A DNA stretch of 63,316 bases from Octopus bimaculoides (GCF_001194135.2 NC_068995.1:51160159-51223474), one strand, 5' to 3'. Shown: positions 26,873 through 39,912, counted from the stretch's first letter. Notes: generated from the sequence alone by a model not told the origin. A program made the numbers and translations.

Positions 26873-28530
26873 GTAAGCAAAAATTCTCGTAACTTTACGT
26901 CTTTTATTCTTCGTATTTAAATATGTGAATTTGCATCTATTTCTCCTCTCTTTCATTAAATTCAATCAAATTTCTAAAAATATTTCACTGCTTTTGAAAT
27001 TGTTGAAAATTGCAGCAATAGTCGACTTCGACTTTCATTTCCAAAAAAGCACCAGTAAGAATACTGTAATATGTTCAAATGATCGTATATTATTATCCCT
27101 GAGTAAGACATTTTAGTTTACGTACCTTTTCGACTAAATATAGCTCTTCCGACAGAGACATAGCTACTAGGAATTTAAACTGAGAAATGACAGGCGTACA
27201 CTAAACATTCCATATTCTTTATAAAGCATCGGATCGATGAATTAACTACCACTTAAGCACGGGGTTGTTGTAACCGACTATCTCACTTCCCTATTTTATA
27301 TATATATAAGCATAAGGCTAGGGTTTATGCCTATAATAGAAAAAAGTTATTACCCTAATAAGTTACACAAACAATTGGAAAGAGCATACATTAACGATAG
27401 TTTCGCAGCCAAAATCTAAATACGAATATGAACTAGAAATCTGCATAATTTTGGATTATTGTTTCTGATTATTCTGATGTAGTCTTTGTTATCTCTCTTG
27501 TCACCTTCTTGGGTTAACAAACCGTTTACGAGCCAACGTGATCGATCTATTAGAAATAACGGTAAATTTATAGTTTCACACCAGACTCGATTTCGGCACT
27601 AAATCGTTTTTTTCCCCCCGCATGTGTTTTCTTCGTGGTTTATCATGTAATGTTGATAACCCAATGTTTGTATATCTTTCTAAGCCGCCCAAGAATCACT
27701 AGATAACTGAGCCAGGTATGATGTATTTTTGAATTAGTGGAAACAATGTCGCTTTATCACGCTTCTGACCAGTCAGAGGAACAACAACAACAAAACGACG
27801 TTTGGTGTGAAACTATAAATTTACCGAAATAACAGCCAAACCTCCATATCCGACTGTCTTAAAAATGAACACATTGTGTCTAAATATGACAAGACTGACT
27901 CTTCGATAATGAGCCAACAGGTGATCTTCTGATTTGCTAGAAATAGTCACACTCTCTTCACAAACTGCTCCCCAACGCATTACTTAAGGAAAGATACATG
28001 GAATAATGGGCGCCCATATAATTATAAAAGACTGGGTGATCACGGATAGAATGCCTTTTGTCATAGGGCTGCTCGATTAGGCTTCATTTGGGGTTAAATA
28101 ACAGCCCTTTAATAAATGCTTTCAAGTCTAGAAGGAGGCGACATTCTGACAATATATATAACATGTACCTCCAAATGATTGCTCTATCTTTTATAGAAAT
28201 AGCAGTCAACTCTTCCTCAAATCACAAACCACTGTTTCAAACAAGATAGGATACGTTGGATAGTGGAGGCTATGGGTGTGTGTGCATTAAGTCTTAACAA
28301 AAAGGAAGACAGGTTTGTCATGGTTGGAATACTTTTCATGGATCAGCTCGACCAAAGGCAACCCAGGAGCTAAAATAAATATTAACAGCGCCACAATACA
28401 GAGAAGTAAACATCCGGTGACAACTACACGTGTAATATTACATATTATCTGCATTCGTTTTATGAACATAGCATATTATTTATTATTACTTAGGTTGAAA
28501 GTGATTGTTTGGTAGAATTTAAGTCCTTCT

Positions 28531-28740
28531 GTATGGCACCTTAGGCAAGTGTCTTCTACTATTGCCTCGGGCCGACCAAAGCCTTGTAACTGGATCTGGT
28601 AGAGGGAAACTGAAAGAAGCTCATCATATATATATATATATATATATTGTGTGTGTGTTTGTCCTCCCATCACTGCTTGACAACAGGTGTTGGTGTGTTT
28701 ACATCCCTGTAACTTAATGGTGCAGCAGTAGAGATTGACT
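28531..28740 (+). mobile_element. SINE family A internal fragment spanning the (TA)n/(TG)n spacer
   Basis: GGCACCTTAGGCAAGTGTCTTCTACT...GAAACTGAAAGAAG-(TA)n-GTGTTTGTCC...GCTTGACAAC. Confidence 0.75.
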
Positions 28741-30439
28741 AAAATTCTTCAAGGCTTGACTGAAACAAGAAATAACCTAAAAAAAAAAGAGATAACCTAT
28801 AGACAGCACCCGTAGCCCTTTTTGCAGTTTCCGTTCTGGCTCTTTACGTTTAGACTTCGAGGTCAGCTTTGTCTTTTATCCTTCCGGGGTCGATGGCCTC
28901 GACTAATCCCCTTCTTCCTCTAATTTGATGGCCGTTTGCCCAAAATCATAAATCATTGAGTTGTATTTTGATGTATAAAGTGGTTTTTTGATTACATTGC
29001 AGTTTATTGATTGTTTTGTACAAACTGTGGACTGTTACTTAGCTTCCCGTAAAGTTTGTAATACACTGGACCTGATGTTTGTTTTCAAGTGATATTCTGG
29101 ACGAAACATTTTGAGATGTTAAAATCGATTAAATGCTATCTGACCATATTGCTTTGACTGTCTCAACTGGTTATTTTAAGCCTCTAAGAGCCCTGATCAA
29201 AGGCAAAAAATGTATGCATTTTTTAAAGGCAATATGAGTGTGCATGCAGAGTGTCTTTCTCCTTTTATGGTTTGGTTTCAAGTAGATTTGGTTCTTCTTT
29301 CTAGCAGATCGAGCGACCACACGTAGAGGTTCCCTTGTTAGCGTTAACTGGTGTTGGCATTATTTTTAGCTCAAGTCAGCGCTGTTCGAAGAGGTGTTTT
29401 ATCAAAGGCGTTCCAGCTTCGAGCATCCCGTCGTTTTTGCATATTCCGCAATGATTTGTCCAAACACCATTTCCTATTATTTATTTATTTATTTTTGATA
29501 GTAGTGTGATTTGTGAAGGGTTTAGCTGCTATTTCTAGCAAATTAGCTGACCATAAAAGTGTTTTATGGTCAGCTGTCCTTCTCTACGCCAACCATTTTA
29601 ATCACCCTTTACAGCATGCATTGAATGATAACAATATGTCGATTCTTAAAAACCAGGATACACATAGTATTAACAGATTTAGCAGAATGTAAAGCAAAAT
29701 TTTAAAGATTGATTTTAGCTTCACCTGCTTATGTAATTGAATGGATGTTTCTTTCTTTCATTGATTTATCATGAAGTCTATAATATGTTACCTGTAACTA
29801 TGCTAATTGGAGTGCTGGTCCTTATTATTTATGACCATGATTATATCAGTGCAAAGTAATCGCATGCAGTGATTCACTTTTTTTCTTCATTGATTCTTTC
29901 ACAAGATTTGATCTTGGTTAGAATGCTCCATTTTAAGTCACTCACCTTCTTTTAGTATTTGTTTTATCGATTGCTAATTGGATCAGGGCCACACCAGTAC
30001 TTCGTTCAGGATTACAACAGCATCGTGCTTGTAATGGAGGGAAACGGCCTTCCAATATTTCATCCTCCAGTGCAGTTGCACCAGTCTTGTCTCTTTCAGC
30101 ATCAAAAACACAATCATTTACATATCAAGAAGACTTCATCCTGCCTCACTATCACATAAGCAGCGTGCAACTAAAGCCCTTGCGGTTACTCCAAATGTCA
30201 GGCTTCTGTATTACTAAGGTCCTCTCCTTGTGAACACACATTGTTTACAAAGCAGGGGTTGCACCTTGATGACTGGTCTTTCTCTTTAGGGCCAGAAAAT
30301 AACTACTAATCCTCCACAATGCTTAACTGAGACTACTAAATGGGGGAACACTATTCCCACATCAGTTATCAATTTTGCTGGTAATGGGGGCTTGTGGAAA
30401 GCCATCGGTACAGCTTCTTCCCCAAAAGCTACTTTTTTA

Positions 30440-30582
30440 CTGTATAGTTATAAGTTCAATTCCATTGCATCGCATGTGCAAGTGTCTTCTGCTATAGCCT
30501 CAGGCTGACCAAAGCCTTGTGAGTGGATTTGGCAGATGGAAACTGAAAGAAGCCCATGTCATATATATATATATATATATAT
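30440..30582 (+). mobile_element. SINE family A fragment
   Basis: GCAAGTGTCTTCTGCTATAGCCTCAGGCTGACCAAAGCCTTGTGAGTGGATTTGG...(TA)n. Confidence 0.75.
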
Positions 30583-30708
30583 CATCGTTAAATTTAGATT
30601 GGTTTGTATGAAAACTGAGGAGACAAGAGTCCTGATGTTTTGGCCCAAACTATTTATCAATGAAGTACATGTAGATAATATTCTTTGTACATTATTATAT
30701 TGTCTTTA

Positions 30709-30930
30709 AGGCAGCGAGCTGGCAGAAACGTTAGCATGCTAGGCAAAATGCTTAGTGGTATTTCGTCTGTCTTTATGTTCTGAGTTCAAATTCCACCTAG
30801 GTCAACTTTGCCTTTCATCCTTTCGGGGTCAATAAATTAAGTACCAGTTGCGTACCGGGATCGATCTAATCCACTGGCCCCTTCCCCCAAAATTTCGGGC
30901 CTTGTGCCTAGAGTAGAAATGAATATTATA
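30709..30930 (+). mobile_element. SINE family B, near full length (tRNA-derived, Deu/Nin-like central motif)
   Basis: GCTGGCAGAAACGTTAG A-box-like, GAGTTCAAATTCC B box, then GCCTTTCATCCTTTCGGGGTCAATAAATTAAGTACC; the superfamily assignment is from memory. Confidence 0.75.
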
Positions 30931-31854
30931 TTGTGCTTGATAGTAATGTTTGTAAATGCTGTCACGATACGTTTGGTTTTATCAACATCAAGAAGATGCA
31001 GTTGTTTGGAAGAGAGGGCATTGCCAGTATCTTTCACTGCTTTGTTATTTTACCTCCAAGATTATTCTGGTGTAACTTGTGATACATAAAATCTAGGTCA
31101 TTCCTGCTGTTATTCCTGTAAATAAATCTCTTTGAAAAATCTTGTTTTTTTTTTCTTTCTTTCTTTCTTTACNNNNNNNNNNNNNNNNNNNNNNNNNNNN
31201 NNNNNNNNNNNNNNNNNNNNNNNNNNNAAACAGCTGTTGATTTTCCCCCTCCTCCCAACCGTTTCCTGCTGCCAGGTGTGAGTAAATGATGAGGCGCCTG
31301 CAGAAATGACAAACTTTCTTAGATGTCTCTAATTGTTTTTAGTTTTTTTTTGTTTTTTTTTTTTTACCAAAATCCTTGTGATCTCATTTTGAGTCAAAGG
31401 TGAACTGTTTATTTTGCTAATTACCTATCTCCCATATCTTCACAATCGTTTTTTTCTCCCCCTCCCCCTTCAGAATCTGCAATTTTGGACAGGTTTTCAT
31501 TTCATGAATTTATTTTTGCTTCATGTGATTGTTTGACTTTTCATTCCATTGAGGATTACTAACTCTTTTATTTCGTTTCCAACATGTCTGATTAAATAAT
31601 TGCATCACAATGTTGCTGTGAGTTTCATTGTTTCTTTCTCTTTTTTATTCTATGGCTACCAAGTTAGTAAGTTGGTGAATGTTTAGCAACAAGTCGGCCC
31701 TGATCGAAGATGTTCCAGCTGTGATATTACCGTTTTTTTTAAATTCAGATATAGGCTTACATTATCAACTATTTCCATGCCTTTTGTTTTTTTTCAAAGA
31801 TGATGGTGTATAATTTGAGGAATATTTGGCTGTTATTTCAAACAAATTGAGTAA

Positions 31855-32245
31855 TAGGTGCAGGAGTGGCTGTGTGGTAAATAGCTTGCTTACCAACCAC
31901 ATAGTCTCGGGTTCATTCCCACTGCGTGGCACCTTGGGCAAGTGTCTTCTACTATAGCCTTGGGCCGATCAAAGCCTTGTGAGTGGATTTGGTAGACGGA
32001 AGCTGAAAGAAGCCTGTCGTATATATGTCTATATATATATATATATATATGTGTTTGTCCCCCTCAACATCGCTTGACAACCGATGGTGGTGTGTTTACG
32101 TCCCCATAACTTAGCGATTCGGCAAAAAGAGACCGATAGAATAAGTACTGGGCTTACAAAGAATAAGTCCTGGGGTCGATTTGCTTGACTAAAAAGCGGT
32201 GCTCCAGCATGGCCGCAGTCAAATGACTGAAACAAGTAAAGAGGG
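31855..32245 (+). mobile_element. SINE family A, near full length (tRNA-like head, CORE-like block, internal (TA)n, 3' half)
   Basis: TGGCTGTGTGG A-box-like, GGTTCATTCCC B-box-like, CACCTTGGGCAAGT; ends GCTCCAGCATGGCCGCAGTCAAATGACTGAAACAAGTAAAGAG. Many copies in the window. Confidence 0.85.
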
Positions 32246-33044
32246 TATAATCACATTGACACTCTCCTGGCTTGTTGTTTAGTCCCAGGTCTGTCCTGAA
32301 CCTACAAACCCATAAACAAGAATTTTTTTTTGTACTTTTTTAGACTACATTAACCAATGTGTTTTTGCTTAAAGAGAATAATACGTGATTTGAAGGCGAT
32401 TTAGCTGCCATTTCTGTTAGTTCTAATGTACACAAAGAGACTCTTGCTGGCTTGTAATCTAATTAGTTGATCCTGATAGTGTTGATGTTTACACCTGTTT
32501 GCAGAATGTTATTTTCGTTGTTGTATCATTTAGGTTGATTCTCATTCACATGAAACAGATCTGTGATCACAAGTATTCCACTTATCTCCATCCTACCATT
32601 TTATTTATCAGATGTGACATTGTCCAATATAATGTTTTTTTTTTCCCCCTAAGATGACTTGATGGAGGTTGGTTGTCATTTCTCGTAGCCAGGGTGATGA
32701 TATAAAACCAGTTATGGATTAACTGTGGCCCCTATGGCTTTCTGAATGGTATGCCTGTGAAAAATTACCTTGAATTTCTTTTAATAGGGCCTCCTGTCTG
32801 ATGACAAGCCATGTTTCACGTGGCCCACTTCTTGAAGAAGATTGCCTATGCTTGATGTAGGCACTCTCATTGCCTGTATGGTTTTATTGTCTACTGAGTA
32901 GACCTATGATCAAAGACATTCCAGTCATGACCATCTCAACTTGTTTGACTCTGTATTTTGCTTTTGCACCATCCCATTGTTTTGGGTTGTTGCAGCTAAT
33001 AAAAGAAATCACCGTTATTATTATTTTTGTTGTTTTTTATCACG

Positions 33045-33341
33045 ACCCTGAAATCTCAAAGTTACAAGATTAATTCATGATTAATTCCAAATAATGTGAA
33101 TTAGTAAGCATTACATTTGAATGAGTAATCTGAATGCTAAAGGATTAAACCAGCCATATCAGGCTCAGGTATTCTACCTGTATTATGTTGAAATCTGCCT
33201 CTCATATCTTCTCTACAATATCCTTCTCAAATAACCAATCACATCATCAAAATCTTGGAGCTTTGAGATAATACACAAACCATTCAAAACTATGTGAATA
33301 AATAAGCATTCCATTTGATAATCTGAATGTGAGAGGGTTAA
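33045..33341 (-). mobile_element. Two tandem partial copies of the TTAA MITE seen at 34739
   Basis: Both end CTGAATG(C/T)...AGG(A/G)TTAA (33148, 33341); reverse-complement similarity to 34739-34936. Confidence 0.6.
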
Positions 33342-33791
33342 TCTGCTTTCATCTAAGTTGACTATCATCTTGTATTACTGACATTAGAACTACTAAGACT
33401 TAACTTAATAAAGAAGCTTCTGTATGCTAGAAGTAGCAGCCAAATCTCCTTCAGATAAGGACCTGCCTTCTTTAACAAGGATACAAACATTGGAAAATGC
33501 AGTTCTTCCTTCCTTGCATCAAATTATGAAAAAGAATTAAAAAAGAAGACACCTAAAATTCAACACTGAAATGAAAAAGTAAATAAAATACAAATAAAAA
33601 TATGTACAAACCATTTATCAAAACAGATATAAACTAATAATTTTTTAAAAATGTTTTCTGTATTACATCATTTTTTTATTTAAATCTCGTTTCTTGGAAC
33701 CAATTATTGACATTAAAATGAAGTATTCTTGTATGTGTTTAACCATCTCACAGCTATAGCAATTTACTTTAACAAAGTTTATCACAATTAA

Positions 33792-34001
33792 CCCTTTCGT
33801 TACCGTATTTATTTTGAGATGCTCTGTGTTTCTTTCAGTTATTTAAAATATAACAAAGAATTTAGTAAAATAACTTAGTTATCATTAAGTTAGTGTTAGG
33901 AACATAAATTGTGACTAAGGTTTGGTGGAAGATTTTAATTCAAAACTTACATTTGTACTTCAGAGCCAGAGCTGGTTTCTGCTGGGTTGGTAACGAAAGG
34001 G
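33792..34001. mobile_element. piggyBac-like MITE (210 bp)
   Basis: Perfect 13-bp TIR CCCTTTCGTTACC / GGTAACGAAAGGG; flanks TTAA (33788-33791) and ATAA (34002-34005). Confidence 0.8.
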
Positions 34002-34738
34002 ATAATCAGCCTACAATTTCTTAATCAGTTTTACAGTTCAGTCCTGAGTCTATCAACAAAGCTATGGAATTCTGTGTAAGAGGTCAACTTTGTACTGTGA
34101 CTGGCCAACTACTTGACTAAGCTGGACGATAGGATGCTAATTGCATTTAAGCTGGGAATTAATGTGTGTTTCTTCTATGCCTGTACTTGACATATTATCA
34201 ATGTACTTTAATTAAGATTATAATTATTTGGAGTAGTTACCTCATCTATACAGGTGAAAACTGTTTTAATATTTACATCTACACTATGTTTTAGTTTGTT
34301 TGACCTTTGATCTTCATCAAGTGTTTTATGTCCTATTCTTGGTAAAGGTTTATCAGGTAAAAATTAACAGATAGCCTTACTCTCAGGTAAAAAGTTTACA
34401 TGACCCTAAGTAGTACAGGCCTCCCTTGGCTTACAAAACAGCATTAAAAAAAAGAAGTTCAAAGTGTGATGCCTGTTTTTTTTCATTGACTTATTGAGTT
34501 TTTATGTTACAAAACATGGCGCACAATGGGAAAATATGTTTTTACGTTATGGCATTTTGTGTTAGGGCAAGATTTTCAGAAATACAAAGCTTTCATAATA
34601 TGAGAGATACCTGTACTTGTATTTTTTGTTTAGCACCAGGTCAAGTCTGGTAGATCAGGCCTTTCATCAGCCTTGACTGTTGTGGTTTTCTTAGAAAGAT
34701 AATGACTTCAAGACTGAACTCTCCAATGTATCTCTTAA

Positions 34739-34936
34739 CCTTTTAGCATTCGAATTACTCTGTCAAATGTAATGCTTATTTGTTCACATTATTTTGAAGT
34801 AATTATGAATTATCTTGTAGCTTTGAGGTTTTGATGGTGTAATTATAGAGTAGGTGTGAAAGCTTGGATCTGGCCAGTTGCAACATAAAACAGGAAAAAT
34901 AGTTGAGCTAGATATGGCCTGTTAAATGCTAAAGGG
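34739..34936. mobile_element. piggyBac-like MITE (198 bp), second family
   Basis: 12-bp TIR CCTTTTAGCATT / AATGCTAAAGGG (1 mismatch); TTAA on both sides. Confidence 0.8.
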
Positions 34937-35511
34937 TTAAAACAGTAGTATGATTTTGTGAGTAGTTTGGCTACTGTTTCTAGCCGGTTGAGTAGCTGCT
35001 TAGAGACTTTTGTGTTAGTTCTATTTATACATGGTTTGATAGTCTCTCTATGTTTGTAGAGTGGTGACTATTTCTTTTGAATAGTGATCCAAAATAGGTT
35101 TCTCGTAATATCCAGACTGCTTTGATGTCGATGGACATTGTTGAATGGTAAGATTTTTATGTAATGTGATGTTATTAAATTAGAAAAGATTTTAGCTATT
35201 GAGAGACAAAAAACAAAAACACATCTCATTATGTGAGATGTACAAATAACTGTCCTTAAATAAAATCTCATAAATATTTAAAATATTCGTTACTAAGTTA
35301 TTTATCAGTTATAAACTTGTTCATTGTGAACATTTTTATGGTCTGTGATCATGTTCTTGCTTCAGTTGTTGCTATTTACTTAACAGAATGGACTTATTTC
35401 TCCAACAATAAGTTATGACCTAGTTAAGATATCTTAATAGTCAAGTATATCTTATCTATCACCTCCATTTACATACCATGTAAAACTTTTTTGTTATATA
35501 TTTAGTAATAT

Positions 35512-35760
35512 ATCATCATTGTTATTTAACATCCGTTTTCTTTGTTGGCATGGGTTAGCTACTTTGACAGAAGCTGGCAAGCCAGAGAACTGCACCAGGC
35601 TTCAGTGTCTGTCTGTTTTGGCATGGGCCCTGTGGCTGGATGCCCCTCTTAATGCCAACCACTTTACTGAATGTACTAAGTGCTTTTTATATGGCATCAG
35701 CACCAGTGGGGTTGCCAAGTAACTTGTAAGACAAAGACCCCTCAGTTGGGAGAGGGAGGT
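35512..35760 (-). mobile_element. RTE-related 3' UTR copy (variant subfamily)
   Basis: CATCATTGTTATTTAACATCCG...GGCATGGGTT...GGATGCCCCTCTTAATGCCAACCAC. Confidence 0.75.
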
Positions 35761-36149
35761 GGCTTTGTGCTGGTTGACAGGTTAAAGTATAATAGACAGA
35801 TAAAGATAGGTGTCTTATTATAGAGGAGATACTTGACTATCCCAGTAGGAAAAGAAAGGAGAAAAGAGATAGAGTTAGAGCAAAAGATAGACAAAATGAG
35901 AGAGAGAGAGAGAAAGAAATAGATGGTGTTGGACATGTGTCAGGACATACCCACAAGGTACAGTGAGGGGTGAATATAGTCTTGGAGCAGCCAGAGCCTT
36001 GTGAGTGAATTTGTTGGGTGGTAATTCTATTATGTGTATATGTTGGTGAGAAAGTGCTTGTGTCTCCTGATATTTAGTAATATATACATGTGTATATTTT
36101 TCTCATGAGTGTAGGAACATTGGTAGGGTAAATGCTATTCTTCACTGAA

Positions 36150-36572
36150 TGACCAGTGGAGATTGATCGTCATTAAGTTCTGACCATTGGGCCTCACGGG
36201 GGCAAAGTGGCTGAGTTCCTTTTGTGTGTTGGGCCCCATGGAGGCAATGACCGACACCTTTGGCATTATGTTGTGCTTGAGAAGAAGACCCATCAAGCTG
36301 AGCAAAATAGCAGTCATGGTAGATACCGGTGTCACACAAATTGGCACCCATGCCAGTGGCACATAAAAGCACCCCACTGTCATGGAAATGGCACCTGTGC
36401 TAGTGACATGTAAAAGCACCCATTACACTCTTGGAGTGGTTGGCACTAGGAAGGGCATCCAACCTTAGAAAACCATGCCAAACCAGACTGGAGTCTGGTG
36501 CAGCATGCTAGCCCGGTCAAACTGTCCAACCCATGCCAGCATGGACAAAAGACGTTAAATGATGATGATGAT
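36150..36572 (+). mobile_element. RTE-related element, variant subfamily, with (ATG)n tail
   Basis: GGGCCTCACGGGGGCAA...CCTTTGGCATTATG coding-tail remnant, shared UTR, ends GACGTTAAATGATGATGATGAT. Confidence 0.75.
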
Positions 36573-37069
36573 CTTACATTAGTGGTCTCGCAAGAAGGCA
36601 AACCCTTGTATGTTTCACCTCTGGTTAACGTTCTGTTAACATAACCAAAATGTTATGCATCTATGCTTTATAACTTTTATACTATACTCCATGCACTTTT
36701 AGGTATTCATTTATGATTTATTACTGCTGCTGAAGTATTTATATAGGTTTTGTATTGTTAACTCCGACTCAACTCAGATCAAACAGACTCTGATCAGTGT
36801 TGTGAATAACCTGTCTTTTATTCCTTTCTCTTTTTCTTCCCATAATTACTGTGTGCTGTTTCACATTTTCAATATCCTTTTCAGAGAGTAGATGAGTGTT
36901 GTCTGAGGGTGTATCACGACAAATAGCCCCCCAATGACAACTACCCTTTAGGACAGTTACGCCCTCTCTAGTATATCAAGAAGTTTTAAATCATCATCTG
37001 TTGTTCTCAGGGGTAATTGTCTTAGGTGGGGTTATTCTGCTGGTGGCACATATGAAAACCAACCTTGAA

Positions 37070-37327
37070 CATTAGGCCTCACGGTGACAAAGTGGCTGAG
37101 TTCCTGTTGAGCGAGGGGCCTGGACCTCACAAAAGCAAAGCGGCTGAGTTCCTTTCAAACTTTGGGCCTCATGGAGGCAAAGCGGCTGAGTTCCTTTCAA
37201 GTGTTGGGCCTCACAGAGGCAAGTGGCTGAGTTCCTTTCAAGTGTTGGGCCTCACAGAGGCAAAGCGGCTGAGTTCCTTTCAAGTGTTGGGCCTCACAGA
37301 GGCAAGGTGGCTGAATTCCTTTCAAGC
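37070..37327. repeat. Minisatellite, 41-42-bp unit x6, RTE-derived
   Basis: TGGGCCTCACAGAGGCAAAGCGGCTGAGTTCCTTTCAAGTGT; the same unit occurs at about 36187-36245. Confidence 0.9.
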
Positions 37328-39789
37328 ATTGATGTTATTGGGATGCTAAATATGTTTTTCAGAACTGGAAATGTTTCATTTTGGCAATAATATTGTAAGC
37401 TATTAAAAACTTCAAGAGAAACAGGAGCTGTTTGTCCCAAGAGATGCAATCTAAGCTCTTCTATTTCAGCTTTAGTAAGAATCCAATCTGCAGGTTGCTA
37501 CTTTTAGTAGTTATAGAAACACCACCACCTTTGAACTGGCTCAAAAATTCTTTGAATAGATATTTGAGTCAAGAAATGTCAAAATCCAGCACACCTAGTA
37601 TCTAATTACTTAATTGAAAGATGAATACATTATCATTATTGTTATTATCTATAATATTCTGTGACCGTCTATGTGTAATTGTTAAACAAAACTAAGGACA
37701 AAACTGTGGACTGTAATTGACATAATTTATCATAGACACAACATTCATGTTATTTCTAAGATAAATTGAGTGATGAATAAATATTTTAAATTATGATTTA
37801 TTTGTTCTTTTACTGCTTTCAGTTATTTGCTTATGGTCATGCTGGAGCACTACCTTTAAGTATTTAGTTGATTATGTTGTCTCCTGTACTCATTTATAAA
37901 TCTAATATTTATTTTATCCGTTTATTGGAGCACATAGGTTGCTTTAGAAAATCTCATTTTTGAAAGCTGTATTCTTTGTTAATACACATTTATCATTTCC
38001 ATCGTGGAAGATGTTATCTATTAATTTTTACCTTAATGAAAAGATGTAATCAATCTTAAATATAGAATGAAATAGAAGACATAACTATAACGTTATTCTT
38101 CTGCCATGGTATGACTACATTAATGGAACTTCAACCAGTCTTCATATGCTCTACTACATCATTATTTTCATATCAGAGAACAAGGTATATGCCTGGACAG
38201 GAACCCATAATACCAGCAAATAAACTATAGACTTTCTCACCTTCCTGAGCGTTAAACTAATACACCTGCCTTCGTCTTTTGTTTTTTTATAAATTCTAAC
38301 ATCCATATATACACATACACATACATATAACTCACCTGAAAATCCCTTACATTTACTGATGAAACTCAGAGTAGCAAGAGACTGACATGACTAAGATAAA
38401 ATGTGTGTGAGTGTTCTTATGTCATCATTCTTTTTTGCCTGGTGTGCTAACGATTCTAATAATAACAATACTACTACTACTACTACTACTACTATTGATG
38501 ATGAAACAGTTTTGAGATAGATGGTTGTGATATTTGAGTTTATTTAGTTTCCGATATCTCCAGTACTGAAAATGTCCTCCTCACAAGTTTTGTGAGTGGT
38601 TTTCTTCTAGTCTTCAGCTTTCGGTTTTCCCCAACATAGCAGCAGAATTAATCATACTTTGCTAAACATTGCAATTAAACTCTCTTAATATCTGCTCCCC
38701 CACCACTGACACAATCTAACTGTGATTATATTCCCCACCCTCACTTCTGTTTACCATAAGGCAGTGGTAAGGGTGGGTGTGCCTGCTCATTCTGAGTGCG
38801 TGTGTGTGTGTGTGTGTACACTCACTTAACTGGCAGTTATAGTTTTCACATAATCTTATTTGTTTAATGCTATATTTGTTTTAAATTCAAATTCTGTACC
38901 AAGNNNNNNNNNNNNNNNNNNNNNNNNNNNNNNNNNNNNNNNNNNNNNNNNNNNNNNNNNNNNNNNNNNNNNNNNNNNNNNNNNNNNNNNNNNNNNNNNN
39001 NNNNNNNNNNNNNNNNNNNNNNNNNNNNNNNNNNNNNNNNNNNNNNNNNNNNNNNNNNNNNNNNNNNNNNNNNNNNNNNNNNNNNNNNNNNNNNNNNNNN
39101 NNNNNNNNNNNNNNNNNNNNNNNNNNNNNNNNNNNNNNNNNNNNNNNNNNTAATCTTATTTGTTTAATGCTATATTTGTTTTAAATTCAAATTCTGTACC
39201 AAGCTGTTGGAGATATTTCTCTCCAAGGCAAAGTTCTCACACAATCATTTTATTTATTTATTTATCTATAATATTTATTTATTTATTGCTGTATTTTGCA
39301 TTCAAATTCTGTACCAACCCTTGATGTTTCCCTCCAAGGCACAACTTGTTGATCTATTTGTTTGCTTCATTCATATTCCTTTTCAAAGAAATAAAAATAA
39401 AAAAGACCAAAAAGATCTGCCACTCCTATTTCAAGGTTGAATGATTAGTAGTAGTAGTAGTAGTAGTAGTAGCAGTAGTAATAGTAGAGGAGGAGCTGTA
39501 AAATCTTGTTTTGCCAACAACTGAATAGAGTGAGAATATATTTGAAAACTTCAGAGCTAACGTCACTGGGGTGTTTGCATGAAGAAGAGTCAGGTCTGTT
39601 TATACCAGGTTAGCCAAACGGTTGCAAGCAGAATTATCAATGTGTATACAACACAACAACTGCATTAAGATTTTAACTTATTACCAGGTGTTTGTCAGTA
39701 ATCCAGTTACTTAACCTCACATCCGTTGTTTATAATTTTTAAAAAAATTTTTATTCTTAGTGTCAGATTTGCAGACTCCTTAGAGTGCC

Positions 39790-39912
39790 AATCAAAAAGT
39801 CTTGCAGTGTTTATTCTGGTTCACTGCATTCTGAGTTCAAATATTTCTAAGGTCAGCTTGCATTATTTCTTCCTTCAAGAATTGGTAAAATAAAGTACCA
39901 GTCAGTTCCTTG
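39790..39912 (+). mobile_element. Degenerate SINE family B fragment
   Basis: TTCTGAGTTCAAAT...GGTAAAATAAAGTACCAG. Confidence 0.5.

Noticed and set aside
36905-37040. Short imperfect inverted repeat (GACAACTACCC / GGGGTAATTGTC)
   Set aside because: Possibly an old MITE, but too short and degenerate to support, and no TSD was seen.
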